Source of the DNA: Camelus ferus
Lineage: Eukaryota
Assembly: GCF_009834535.1 (NCBI RefSeq)
Contig: NC_045728.1
Span: forward strand, 6,200,001 to 6,264,000
Reading direction: 5' to 3'
DNA: 64,000 nucleotides
The position numbers were made by a program, and so were the translations under genes. Below are positions 49,561-61,615 of the stretch, piece by piece (position 1 is the stretch's first letter; each line of letters begins with the position of its first letter). A model generated the notes under the pieces. That model ran no database searches. It saw only the letters and a program-made list of their open reading frames with translations, and was not told where the DNA came from.

Positions 49561-52500
49561 GCTATTTAAAGAAATTCCCTATCTTCTCTAAACAGGCAGA
49601 ACAAGACTGCCCATAACCTAAGGAGGTCAAAGCTTCATATTTCCCATCTCTTTATCAGTTAATTACCTTTCATACACTTTTAAAAAGGCCACTTTGTAAG
49701 GAAAAGTATGGTCTTTAGATATAAACTAGCCAATAGCATAAAGGCATACAAGTGCAAAATGATTAGAGACAGATTTAACACAAATAATTATGGAAACTAG
49801 ACCTGTGGTTGCGATCACGTTGTAGCATACACAAATGTTGAATTATAATGCTGAATAACTGAAACTTTTAATAATGTAAAAAAAGAAAGGAAACCCAAAA
49901 CAGATATGTTCAGACAGAAACGTGCTACATTTCAAGGGATAATATATGTCATGCTTTGGTTAAAAAAAAACAAAACAACGAACTAGTGATACAGTTCCTC
50001 TTGATAGTTAGGCAGAGTTTGAAGGGACAAAGACCTTAAGTATGTAATGCTGACATTCCCCATAGTCAAGTGGGCCATAGATAGGGATCTCTTCAGCCTG
50101 TGGATGGACGGTCAGGTGGGGACTGGGGACAGCCACAGCTCCCAGGCCAGCTGTCTTCTGTGGGTCGCTTCCAGTTTTCCTCAGTGACACATCAATCATT
50201 TACATACGTGTCGCCGTATGAAAAAAGTTTGGGCGGCAGTGATTTAAGCCAGACCTGCCCTGATCATTACTCAAAAGCTGAATATAAGTATCACAAGGGG
50301 CAACAGTACAATGCAATCGCTGAAATGCTGGCATGGAAAAAAGAACTAACACCCATGTTATAGGTCAACAGCATTGCTTTCTAATTTGTGTTTTCTATCT
50401 GCACTCCTTCCCACACCCTACTTAGGAAATCTCAAGGTACACCCCAGCAGCACTCGATGAAGTAACCTCCAAACACAAACGTTAAGCTCAGTGGCACAAG
50501 GTTAAACTCTGGGGATAAAAGCAAAATCCTGGTTCTCTGTGCCAACGCTAAACGTATTCAAGGTAAGTCTGAAACACATTCCACTTGTTGAGAAAGAGAA
50601 GTACTTCAGTGTCAGTGGGAACTCTTCAGAGAATAGAAGCTTAGAGCTGGCAAGGATCTTCTTTTAAAAGACAAAAACCTGAAGCACAAAGCACTTGTGC
50701 AAGTTCACAAGCAGCTGAACTGGGACTCGTCCCCAGATCTCCCAGCTCCCCACAACTGCCCTTTCCAGGGCAGAGAGATCCTGCTGCCTGCTCCTCTGAG
50801 TCTGTCTAAAACCATAAAACAATATCCAAGTACTTCCTGCTCTTCAGGGAAACTGAATCTCTGGTTAATTTGCAACTAGCAGATTGCTGTTCAAGGAACC
50901 AGAATTTAACCTTATGCTGCTAATTAACCTTAAATTTGTGATACTTAAACACAAGTTCCTTTATTAGTCAGTTCCTGTTCGTATTTAAGAAATGAAAAGG
51001 AGGCTTTGCTGTTCTTGCACAGGTCAGGAAATGGCCTTAAAAACAAACAATTAAGTTCTTCTTCACATGGTTATTTTAGGGGCACACACTATTATATATC
51101 AAAACCTGTGTAAATAAGCCATGTCTGTACTCTACAAGAATGAACACACCACTAATAAATTTCCATCCTGTACTGAGAAAACAGTCCAGACAGGAAGAGT
51201 CCCCAATGAGAGAAGATGAGATTGGTTGCAGAAGTGGAAAAATGAAATGCCTAAAAGAGAATCAACTGAATGGGGAAAAGGAAGGAGGCAATATATATCA
51301 TATTTGCATAAATTCAAATCAGCAAGCGCCTACACTCAAACATTAAGGAAACAGAAACTTCTGTGCCCATATTGGCTAAAGCTGTACTGTGATACGAGGC
51401 AAAAACTCTGAATTCTTCAAATTTCTCCTACCAAGCTGCAACAAGAAAAACCCAAAAGTTCCTTCTCCAGAAAAAAAGCCACCGATTTTTTTATTCCTAG
51501 GCACTACTGTGTGTGCCTTGGGTTAATCTGAAACCCAAGAACACAAGCTCTGTGTCCCTAGCAATGACATCCGAGTTGGTTCTTTATTTTGTTTCCTGCC
51601 ACAGAAGACCCAATTCTGCAAGAACAGGTGTCACTTCTTGATGTGCCATTAAGGACAGGTGAAGGTAGAAATAGGTTCTCCCAGCTCCCACACAATCCAT
51701 AAAAGTCCGATATCTAAAACAGGTTTGTAACTAATGATATGAATTTCAGTCCTGATGTCCAAATTTCAGAGTCCTGGAAAGGAGGCTTCATGTACCTAAG
51801 TAACATGTGATATACAACTGTTCAGTGAAATCAGAACCTGGGTCTGGGGCATATCAGTAAAAGGAAGTAATTCTCAACTCATATAGATCTGTGTGTCCTC
51901 CCAGTAAATCTGCAGGGGAAAAAAACAGTAGGAAAGAGAGAAGTTGTTTCCCAATCTCCACTTGCATTCCTCGTATTTATACCCCAATCACCTTGCTTAT
52001 TGCAGAGGCATACACGGGACTTCCCCCTCTTTACAAACACATTTACTCTCACCCTCACTCTTCTTCAGGTCAAAAGCAGACAGAAATTAGACAAGTCAAA
52101 ATGTTCAGACACACCTAACATGTCTATGATACACTTAAATCATCGGAGGAGTATTTGGGAGTTTACCCTGTACCAGACCTGGGGATAAAAAAATGAATGA
52201 GTCCTTAAGGGACTCACAGTTCAACAGCTGCTGCCAATGGTATATCCTGACCCATATAACTCAAAATCAGCTCAAATGCAAAGGACAAGACAGTGCAGTG
52301 AAAAAGACCACTGGACGAGCCATAGCCTTATTACTCACCAACCAGACTGCTGCATCCTAGCTGATTTCCAGGCTAGCAAAGCCATCTCCTTTTCAATCTG
52401 TCCTGCATTCAACTACCCGGGTCACTTTAAGAATTCCACTTTCAAGGAGTCTCTTTCCTGCTCTAGAAGCTTCAAAGACTCCTCACATCCAGTTCAAACG

Positions 52501-53532
52501 CTTCTTCAAGTTAAAGCCTTGTACAGACGAGCTCCACTTAACCTGTTCAACTTTGTTTCATGCTCAATATGGCTCCCTTCTGCCAAACCCTTTTAGAGGG
52601 GAAGGGCGCAAATCCAACTCCACTAGTTCCTCTAACTTCTCAGGCAGCCTTCATTCTAAGCCGTCTTAAAAACTGTTTCCTCTGTCATCAGCACAGATCC
52701 ATTAATTGTCTGACATCCCTTCAGGGCTGGACATCAGCTTTGTTAACAAACGGCAGGTATGTCCCAAGGCATTTTTAACATTGCCATCCTAACCAGATGC
52801 TCATCTTCCCTGCCACCCCTTAGTGAAGTCAGAGGGTCTTGACTTAGTGAAGTCACTGGCAGTTGGGGCATGGGAGTCCCAACACTGCACCTTGTAAGAG
52901 AAGGAAAGAGGGTCTGGAGCGGTTGCAAACCACGGAGGGGGAAAACGAAGGAAGCAGAAGACGGAAGGGAAGATTCGTACTCTGTACTTTGTCTTTCTTT
53001 TGGAAGAAGTAGGGAGAGGGAGGGGGAGAGGAGACTCCAAGAAATGAATTCTTGAAGAAGGCAGAAGAAACTCAAGGTGCTCCCTAGGAAGGAAGTATGG
53101 GCCCCCGGATAAGGGAAGGGCTCCCCATCCCCTCTGGGAAAGAAGGCTAAGTTGCAACGTGAAACAAAGAGGTTGGGAGTCAGGAGGCGAGGGGGGAGAG
53201 GCTTCCGAGATCTGGCATCTCTGAAGGTCGAGCGGTAAGGAAAGGAGAAGGGACGCGACGCCTCCCTAGGGGAACTGGCCGAACACAGGGGACGCGGTTG
53301 CCGTGAAGGACGAGGTGGGCGCCCAGGACTGTCCGGGGCGAGCGTTTCTGGTGCGTCGCTTCCACGGGGCGCGGGGGCGGGGAAGTGTTTTTGAGTGGGA
53401 TCTTCTCCCAAAGGGAGAAACGGCTTCCCAAGGCAGGGATCTCCGAAAACGGGAATCCTGAGGACGCGAAAACGTTAAACCGCTGAGGCACCGGCATTTC
53501 CCAGCCCCAGCCCGGCTTCCCCACACACTCAC

Positions 53533-53605
53533 CGCGTCTCCTCCAAACGCCACCGCTCCAGCTGCAGCTACCGGCCGGCGCAGCCGCACTGAGCGCGCAC
53601 CGCCC
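53533..53605 (-). other. FAM118B: FAM118B non-coding exon 1
   Basis: In the CpG island; donor GAGACGCG|GTGAGT at 53533/53532; transcription start approximate. Confidence 0.75.
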
Positions 53606-53728
53606 CCACGTGACTCGGCCCTGACCCGCCCCGACAGCCCCACGTGACCCGCGGGGCCCGCCCATGCCCTCCTCCCGCTCGCCGCCCTTCTGCACGTGCT
53701 TTTGGCGCGCCCCGCCCTTCTTGGCAAG

Positions 53729-53914
53729 ATGGCGGCGCCCGGCTGGACGGCGCCGGGCCTTTGGATCCGCGGTTCCTCGCAGCGTCGGGGGAGCCTCTTC
53801 ACTCTCGTCTCAAAGCCATTCTGCTCCACTGCTACTGCCTCTAGGCCCCTGGATGCCCAGCGATTAGCGGAGAGGCTCCGAACCCAGAAACAAGAACAAA
53901 AGGCGAAGGAGCGG
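53729..53914 (+). CDS. RPUSD4: RPUSD4 exon 1 (mitochondrial presequence)
   Basis: [15 protein letters not shown]...KAKER; CGG|GTGAGG. Confidence 0.93.
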
Positions 53915-56900
53915 GTGAGGCCAGAGGACCACAATTCCCAAGAGGCAGTGCGCTCACGGGTTTCCCAGGCGGGGAGGGCGGTAGGAGGGTCTCTGACAAA
54001 TATGAAGTAAATTTCGAAGACTTGTGGGAGAATGGGAAGAAAGCCCAGGGGAGAGGTCAGTAGGGTGCGGTATCTTCCTATGGGCTGGGTCTTTGGCTCC
54101 TGCCAACTGCGGGCCTAAGCACTACGTGGGTACAGGTGAGACAGATACGCACCCCTGCTTTCAAATTACCCGGGAAGGCGAGAGTCTAATGGTAACATAT
54201 AAGCATTCCCAACCTAAATTCTCACACGGACTTAATGAAGCTCCTCCTCACCAGGCATTTCCCGTCTCTCCTTTCCTCCCTTAGGTGCCCCCAAGTCCTG
54301 TTCAGCGGAGAGTGCGAGAACTAGTGCGGTTCACACAGCAACTGCAGCGAGTCCACCCCAACGTGCTTGCTAAGGCGCTGAGCCGAGGGATTGTCCACCA
54401 GGACAAGAACCTTGTGGTCATCAATAAGCCCTACGGTCTCCCTGTGCATGGTAAGGAGCACGTGGGAAAGGGAGGGGGCCGCTGCTGTTCTCTGCTATAA
54501 CCAGGGGCAACTCTGGTACATTACTTGTGGGGCTCTCTGAAGCCTTGCTTTCAAAATAATTAAACTTTTGGGGGATACGGACTTATGTAAGGCACTACTG
54601 AGGACCCAAAGATAAGTAAGACAGTCCCCTCCTTCTAAACATCTGGCAGCCAGCAGTGATTTATGGAGTTTGCTGTGTGCAGGCCATCACAGGGGATTGC
54701 TATAGAGAAATGCAAACGCTGTGTGCTCCTGCCTTCAGATTAATTTCCATCAAAACTTGGAAAGAGAACATACCGTGGTTCTCCCCAGGGTACCTAGAAT
54801 TTAGTGGACACTCATGTTTTTGAATATGTTAAATTTAGTTGTCAAAGACAGCTGGAGTGAATCAGGAAAGATTGATCGAAAAAATGCATTTGTGGAAAGA
54901 GTTTTGCTAGGGGAAAACGCATATTTTAGCTCAAAAAACGAATGCTTTGTGGGGAAGTATGGAGAAGGTTGTGCATGAAGACAAGGAATTAAATCAGACA
55001 TTGCCCAGGGCTTTGTGTGGTGTTTTTCTCTCTTGATCCTCACAGTAGCTTCCTGCCTTTCTATTTCCTGTGAGATAATTATTATCCAGATACTTATGTT
55101 TAATACCTGAGAAAACCAAAAGTTGGAAAGGGTAAGTAATCTGTCCAAGGTCAACGGCTAGTTAGGAAGGTAGGTACATAGAGTGGAACCCAGGAATGTC
55201 TCACCCTAAAGCCCAGTGTCTTATATCTTCTGTAGTGCCTCAGGAGGGCCTCATGGTCTTGCATTTCTCACTAGGGTTTACCTGGCAAATTCTCAAGCCT
55301 TTGTCTATGTAGTGAAATATCAGGCCTAATTTTGGTTGCTGATTTTAGTGTAAATACATAAGTGCATTTTTAAGTTTATATATATATGTATAAAGTATAC
55401 GTATGTATGTATATATACTTCTCCTGAGATATGTATGTGTATTTGTCTCAGGAGAAAGCTACATTCTCTAGGACAGTGCTACTCAAACTTTAATATGCAT
55501 GTGAATCACTTGGACATTTTGTTAAAAATTCAGACTTTGATTTATTAGACTGGGTTGGGGGCCTGAGATTACCATCTAGGAGGCTCACTGGGCACACTGA
55601 TACAGTGCTAATCCCTGGTCCATACTTCAGTGTTAAGGCTCTAGAAAGCATTTATAGTTAATCCAGTATGGGCTGTTTTCCCAAGTAGAGGTCTTTGGTG
55701 GAGTCTTTTTCTGGCCACTCAAACCTCTGGCTTTTTCCTTCTTAGGTGGCCCTGGGGTCCAGCTCTGCATCAGTGAGGTACTGCCTATCCTGGCAAAAAT
55801 GCTTCGTGGCCACAAGGCCGAGCCCCTGCATCTGTGCCATCGGCTGGACAAGGAAACTACAGGTGTAATGGTGTTGGCTTGGGAAAAAGAAGTGGCACAT
55901 CAAGTCCAGGAGTTGTTTAGAACCCGGCAGGTGACCAAGAAGTACTGGTATGAAGCCCATTGATAGCGATCGAGGTGGTGTCAATGCAGGCATCCTTTTC
56001 ATCTGTTCATCCATTCATTTAGCAGGAACCCCTGGTAATAGAAGGCGCTGTACTAGGACCTGTGGGCAAATAAAATGTATAGGAATCAGATTTAGTGCTT
56101 AAGAGTGTTGGAGTCTGATAGCATAGTAGTTCCTAATTGTGGCTGTACATAAAAATTATTAAAACTTACTTTTACGAATAATGCATGATTTCATTCCTGT
56201 AGTAAAATGTCAGACAGCAAAGATAAAGCAAAAAACTTCTGGAGAATCCATTCTGTTGTTCTAGGTCCTTCCCTTGGGGTGGTTTGGTTTTTATTCGTCT
56301 GGTCTTTACTCAGCGTATTTATATTCGTGTCCAGCATATATACTGCATGTGTATCTACATGCACACCTGTATGTATAGGTCTGTATCACATTGTACAGTG
56401 TACATTGTACTTTCTTTTCCCACCTGACTCTCTTGGGGATTTTTCCATGGTAGTGTGTATAGATTTATCTATTTTTTTTTTAAAGCAGAAAGATACATCA
56501 GCAAAAATGAAACCTATTCCTGTCCCCCATCTACTCAGTTTCCTTCTCCAGAAGCAGTCAGTGTTTTTAGTGTCTTGTGGAAACTTCCAGACTTACACAG
56601 AGCCTGCATAGTGCCGAATGGCAGCGTACTGTGCCCTGCTTTCCAGCCTTTTTTCACTTGGACAGTATATCTTGGAGAGCATTTTGTGCTGTACGTTTAG
56701 AGCTTGCTCTTTTTAATGGCTCTACTGTATGTTTTCATTGTATGGATATATTGTAATTTCCTTATTGATGATTGTTTAGATAATGTCCCATTTTTCAGAG
56801 CCTATTGCAAGAATATGTGAGTATATCTTTAGGACAAATGTCCAGAAATATAATTGCTGGGTGGAAGCATGCGCACATTTAAAATCTGATTAGTTACTAC

Positions 56901-59900
56901 CTAAATTGCTTTCCGAAGTTGTTGTGTCAGTTTGCACTCCCACTGGCAGCGGTTAAGTACCCACTTCCCATTATGCCTGACCAATGCATTTTTAAAAGAT
57001 TTGCCACCCTGATGGATAAAATACTATATATGTATTTTTCCCTGTGTAGTAGTGAAGTTGACTGTCTTTTTGTGTTTATTGGCTGTTTGAGTTTTCCTTT
57101 CTATGACTAGACCATTTTCCTTTGCCTACTTTCTATTGTTTATTATTTTCTATCTGATTTGTGATTCTTTTTTTTTTTTAATACTTTGGATGCTAGTCTT
57201 TTTGTATTACAGATTTTGCAGCTGTTTCATAATCTTGGGAACCTTTAAAAAATCTATATGCTTGAGATCCACAGAGGTTATGATTTATAAGTCTGGTGGG
57301 TGTGGCAATTGGGCATCTATATTTTAAAAAAAACTCCACAAATGATTCTAATATAGAATCGACTTTAAGAATCACTGTAATAAGAGATTACAGATAATGG
57401 AGGAAGTTTAGCATGGTAGCTAAGAGCTCAAAAAGATCTGTGTTCAGTTCTCACCTGTGTCATTTACTAGTGTGGGACCTTCGGCAAATTACTGAACCTT
57501 TCTAAGCTTTGTCTTCATAAGAAAAAATGGGAATAATGGAGTTGATGAGGGAGTTAAGTGAGACAATGCATGTGAAGTGTTTAACATGGTCCCTCCCTCA
57601 TAGTAAAGGCCGAAAGATAGAAAATCAAGACTATTACTATGTATTTAAGTAGTCAAAATGTAAGTGTATAAAAACATGTTGTATTATCTGTGAAAATTGT
57701 CCATGGAAGTTCAGCATTGGTAACCATTCTCAGCATCAGGCTTCATGGAGGAATTGAAATAATTAGTTGGGTCTTGATGAAAAAAGAATTTGGTAGACGA
57801 GGTGGAGAAAAGTGTTCTAGATTGTGGGGACAGTGTGCACAAAGCAGTAAGGCATATCCTCCAGGGTGGCGAAGGGGATGCTGGCAGATAATGCTGGAAA
57901 GGTAGGTGGGAACCTAGTTAATGATGGTCTTAAATACCAGGTGCAGGAGATAGAATAGAAGTGAAACATAGTAGGCAACTGACAAACATTTGCTGACTTA
58001 CTATGACAGCAGTTTGTTATATTATAGTTATTTGTTTGAATCTTCTTACTGGATTGGAATTCCTCCAGACAAGGGATTTTTGTCTTGCTCACTCATGCAG
58101 ACCTAGTTACCTACCTTAACCGGTGCCTGTTTACATTTAGTGAATACTTACTGACTGAGCATTTCTGGGCAGTAGTGTTACGTCCCTAGGAAGGGCGATC
58201 TGGCAGTCACAGCTCTGTCAGTAGGGGAAAATGTGTCAGACAGCAGCCCAAACCACTACCAACCCGCATCTGGGCTCCAGTGTGTGAAGTGTTACATCTG
58301 AGTGGGCTTTTGACCCCTTGGCCGGTGATTCTGTGTTAGGCCACCAAGTAGCCAAGCCAGCTGATTAACCTGGAAGGGGCATAAACATAAGGACAGATGA
58401 AACAGTCTCCTACCTGTCTGTGGTGTGATGGAGGGATTCCTCCCACAGGAGTGATTTGGAATGACTTACTGAGCCCTGGGTGTGGTTCCTGTGACTTTTC
58501 TGAGCCCAGAACCTCCCTGTTTTATCTACTTGGCAAATAGGGCAGGAGTGATCCTGTGAATTTTTCGTTCAGTTCATTCATTTATTCATTTATTTCATAT
58601 GCAACTGAAACTTACCATCTTTTATTATTTAAAAAGAAAAACAGGATACCAAACCATATTGCCCTAGTTTTATTTTGAACTATACACGCTCACTTTTAAA
58701 GGCTGGATGAAAGACCATGTTAGCAATATAATTTTCTTTCTGGTTTTTTCCCCAAATATTCTACAATCAGCATGTATTACTTTAGCAGTAAAAAAAAAAA
58801 ACCAAAACTGTAAGAGTAGTGTCAAGCTCTCAGGCCAAGCACTGTGCTGAGAGATCATTAGGGATCCTCAAGTTTTAAGAACTGACCACAGTGCTGTAGA
58901 GGTCCGCTGTTAAAACCTCTAAGTAGGCAAATCCAAGGAGCTCCTCGCTCACCTTCGTTGCTTAAGCAAGGAGGGCCTGTGTCTCCCTGCAGGGCCATCA
59001 CCGTGCGTGTCCCGGTTCCTGCAGCAGGAGTGGTGGACATCCCCATCATCGAGAAGGAGGTGCAGGGCCAGCAGCAGCACCACAAGGTGGGTGAGCTGCC
59101 TCCAAAGAGGTGGGCGTTCTGCTCTTCCTTTAAAATCATATCTTGATTTCTTTGGCTTCAGATGACACTGTCCCCCAGCTACCGCATGGACAACGGGAAG
59201 ATGGTGAGAGTACGGCCCAGCCGGAATGCGCACCTGGCTGTGACTCAGTACCGGGTGCTCAGCAGCACCCTCTCCTCCGCCCTCCTGGAGCTCCAGCCTA
59301 TTACTGGTGAGGGCGCCGCCGGTCTGCGGTGGGTGGCAAAGCCCCAGCGCTCCTGAGCTTCACCCGGGGCTCTGTGCTGGGCTCTGCCCTTCTTCTGAGC
59401 AGCTTAGCTTGTGCTGTGGGGGCGCTGTGGTCGCAGCTGGCGTTTGAGATGGTGCCTCTGGTGCTGATCTGAGGCTGGGAGCGCCAGTAGGGATGATCGT
59501 TAAAAACAGGAGGTAGCAGAAGGGTATAAACAGTCTGCTTACATTTATTTAAAAATTTGCAAGTTGATTCTCAGAAAATGAAGCATAGAGTTGCATATGA
59601 TCCAGGAATTCTGCTCCCTGTATATATGCAAAAGAATTGAAAACAGGGATTCAAAAAGATACTGCATACCCATGTTCGTAGCAACACTATTCATAAAAGC
59701 CAAAAGATGAAGACAACCCAAATGTCCATTAACAGATGAGTGGGTAAATAAAATGTGGTTCTTCATGCAGTGGAATATTATTCAGCCTTAGAAAGGAAAT
59801 TCTGACACGTGCTGCAATGTGGGTGAAGCTTAAAGACATGATGCTAAATGGAATAAGCCAGAGGCTTAAAGACAGATGTACAGTTCCATTTATGTGAGAT

Positions 59901-61315
59901 GCCTGGGGTGGTCAAATTCCTGGAGACAGATAGTAGAGGGGTGGTTACCAGGTCCTGGAGGGAGGAGGGAGTTATNNNNNNNNNNNNNNNNNNNNNNNNN
60001 NNNNNNNNNNNNNNNNNNNNNNNNNNNNNNNNNNNNNNNNNNNNNNNNNNNNNNNNNNNNNNNNNNNNNNNNNNNNNNNNNNNNNNNNNNNNNNNNNNNN
60101 NNNNNNNNNNNNNNNNNNNNNNNNNNNNNNNNNNNNNNNNNNNNNNNNNNNNNNNNCTATTTCGTGTTATACAGTAAAATTAATTTTTTAAAAAAGCGTG
60201 GCAGTGATAGACACCAAGTTGATGATAATGGTTATCTGTGGTGGAAAGAGGGACCTGTGAGGGTGGAAACTTGGAGGCTTAACAGTATTTATAATGTTTA
60301 TTTACTAATAGCTTATAGTTTGTTATATTATTCTTTATTGCAGCTGGGGCTTTGCCAGTGTTACTGTGCTTTGATTTAATATGATCAGAAGGAGATGCCG
60401 CCAGCAGGGTTGTTTCTGTAGCTGCTCAGAAGTTTCCTCTCTCTCTTTTTTTTAAAGGGATAAAACATCAGCTTCGAGTTCACTTGTCTTTTGGGTTGGA
60501 TTGCCCGGTCCTTGGTGATCACAAGTACTCAGACTGGAACAGGCTGGCCCCCCAGGTAATACTGGTTTGAGCCAAAATGCAGCGGAATAAGGGCAGGAAC
60601 TTCTGCTTTCCCCTCATTAAAGGGGGGCAGCAAAGGCGTGTCGACTGTCTCCAGACAGGGTGCCGTGCTAGTTCCCTGGCTTATGGAGCAATCCGGAAGC
60701 AGTCAGCCCCGTCCTTGTGGAGCTGCAGGATGTGCTAGCAGAACTCCTCTGCTTCGTTGTTTACACTCAGATTTGCGACTGGGGGCAGCCTTTCAGCTCT
60801 ACTGCTGAAGAGCCTTGGTGGAAGCGTTTTTGGGTTTTGCCATTAAGCTCATTCTCTTGGAAGGCCAGAGAACTGGTCAAGGAGAGCTTCCCTAGTGTGG
60901 TGGGTTTTCTCTTACGTGGGTTCTGAACCCTTCCTGGAAGTGGCCCTGAAGCAGGCTGTCTGTCCCTGTGTCTTCTGGGGGTTGATGAGGCCCCGTGAGT
61001 GGAGGTCTTCTGCCCCGCCTGCCGGTCAAGGAGGACCCGTCAGCCTTGCTCTCACGAGCCCTTTTCTTTGTACAGAAGCTGCCTGTCGGGATCCTGAAGA
61101 AGCTGGGGCTGCCGCAGTCCAAGGCCCGCCACGTCCCCCTTCACCTGCACGCCCGCCAGCTGACCCTGCCTGCCCTGCAGTCCGGGAAGGAGGAGCTCAG
61201 CTTGGTCTGCAAGCCTCCTCTCTACTTCGTACGTTCCCTGCGCCATCTGGGCTTAGGGATCCCGAGTCAGGATCAAAATGGGGACGAGGATGCCGCACAC
61301 CCAGGAGGGCGGTGA
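53729..61315 (+). CDS. RPUSD4: RPUSD4, mitochondrial RluA-family RNA pseudouridine synthase; spliced CDS 1131 nt, 376 aa
   Basis: join(+): 53729-53914, 54285-54450, 55746-55947, 58993-59086, 59162-59306, 60458-60555, 61076-61315. GT-AG introns. RluA motifs [15 protein letters not shown] (catalytic Asp, 55838-55849), HQLRVHL, GDHKY, LHARQL. Confidence 0.96.
54285..54450 (+). CDS. RPUSD4: RPUSD4 exon 2
   Basis: [10 protein letters not shown]...NKPYGLPVH; G|GTAAGG. Confidence 0.95.
55080..55225 (-). mobile_element. MIR remnant
   Basis: ggtaagtaatctgtccaaggtcaacggctag...gtggaacccagg. Confidence 0.65.
55474..55640 (+). mobile_element. MER5A-like hAT-Charlie MITE
   Basis: cagtgctactcaaacttt...gaatcacttgga...ggggcctgagat. 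Confidence 0.65.
55746..55947 (+). CDS. RPUSD4: RPUSD4 exon 3 (HRLD)
   Basis: [13 protein letters not shown]...[12 protein letters not shown]...TKKYW; TG|GTATGA. Confidence 0.96.
56110..57235 (-). mobile_element. Old L1 (L1ME-like) fragment
   Basis: T-rich antisense L1 3' signatures (aattgctgggtgg..., cagtttgcactcccactggcag). Confidence 0.65.
57400..57610 (+). mobile_element. MIR remnant
   Basis: agcatggtagctaagagc...ccttcggcaaattactgaacc...aaaatgggaataat...gtgagacaatgcatgtgaagtg. Confidence 0.75.
58993..59086 (+). CDS. RPUSD4: RPUSD4 exon 4
   Basis: [31 protein letters not shown]; AG/GT flanks. Confidence 0.94.
59162..59306 (+). CDS. RPUSD4: RPUSD4 exon 5
   Basis: [33 protein letters not shown]...LQPIT; G|GTGAGG. 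Confidence 0.94.
59560..60195 (+). mobile_element. L1MB-like 3' fragment with N-run in RPUSD4 intron 5
   Basis: gagttgcatatgatccaggaattc...gacaacccaaatgtccattaacagatgagtgg. Confidence 0.8.
60458..60555 (+). CDS. RPUSD4: RPUSD4 exon 6
   Basis: [33 protein letters not shown]; CAG|GTAATA. Confidence 0.94.
61076..61315 (+). CDS. RPUSD4: RPUSD4 exon 7 (terminal)
   Basis: [29 protein letters not shown]...HPGGR, stop TGA 61313-61315. Confidence 0.94.
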   Translation, partial: KLPVGILKKLGLPQSKARHVPLHLHARQLTLPALQSGKEELSLVCKPPLYFVRSLRHLGLGIPSQDQNGDEDAAHPGGR

Positions 61316-61609
61316 ACACTGTTGGGCAGTTTGCCCTGAGTTCTTCGCTTTGTTTAAGGACCTCTGCTGATTTCTCGCTTGGGACAGACTCCAGAAGAGC
61401 CAGGTGTGATGAGTTGGAGAAACATCTGCCTCAGGCCTTTATTGGAGATGAGCATCTGGTTACCCACACTTTGGCCATGCTCTGGAAAAGCCAGAGCAGT
61501 CTCCCTGCCTCAGAGTGGAAGAGAGCGTAGGACCAGGCAGATGGGTCAGTAATCAGAGAAGGAAAACTAAAGCACAAAATCTGTGATCAAGAACCATTGT
61601 TCATCCAAC

Positions 61610-61615
61610 AATAAA
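61610..61615 (+). terminator. RPUSD4: AATAAA polyadenylation signal of RPUSD4
   Basis: First AATAAA about 295 nt after the stop. Confidence 0.75.

Larger units (their letters stand above)
53180..53990. promoter_or_regulatory. Bidirectional CpG-island promoter shared by FAM118B (-) and RPUSD4 (+)
   Basis: About 125 bp between FAM118B exon 1 and the RPUSD4 ATG. CACGTG at 53607, 53641 and 53693; GC boxes; YY1-type CAAGATGGCGGC at 53725-53736 overlapping the ATG. Confidence 0.9.

Noticed and set aside
55419-55456. 11-bp perfect hairpin TTCTCCTGAGA...TCTCAGGAGAA
   Set aside because: Too short for a pre-miRNA, and one such inverted repeat is near chance expectation in this window
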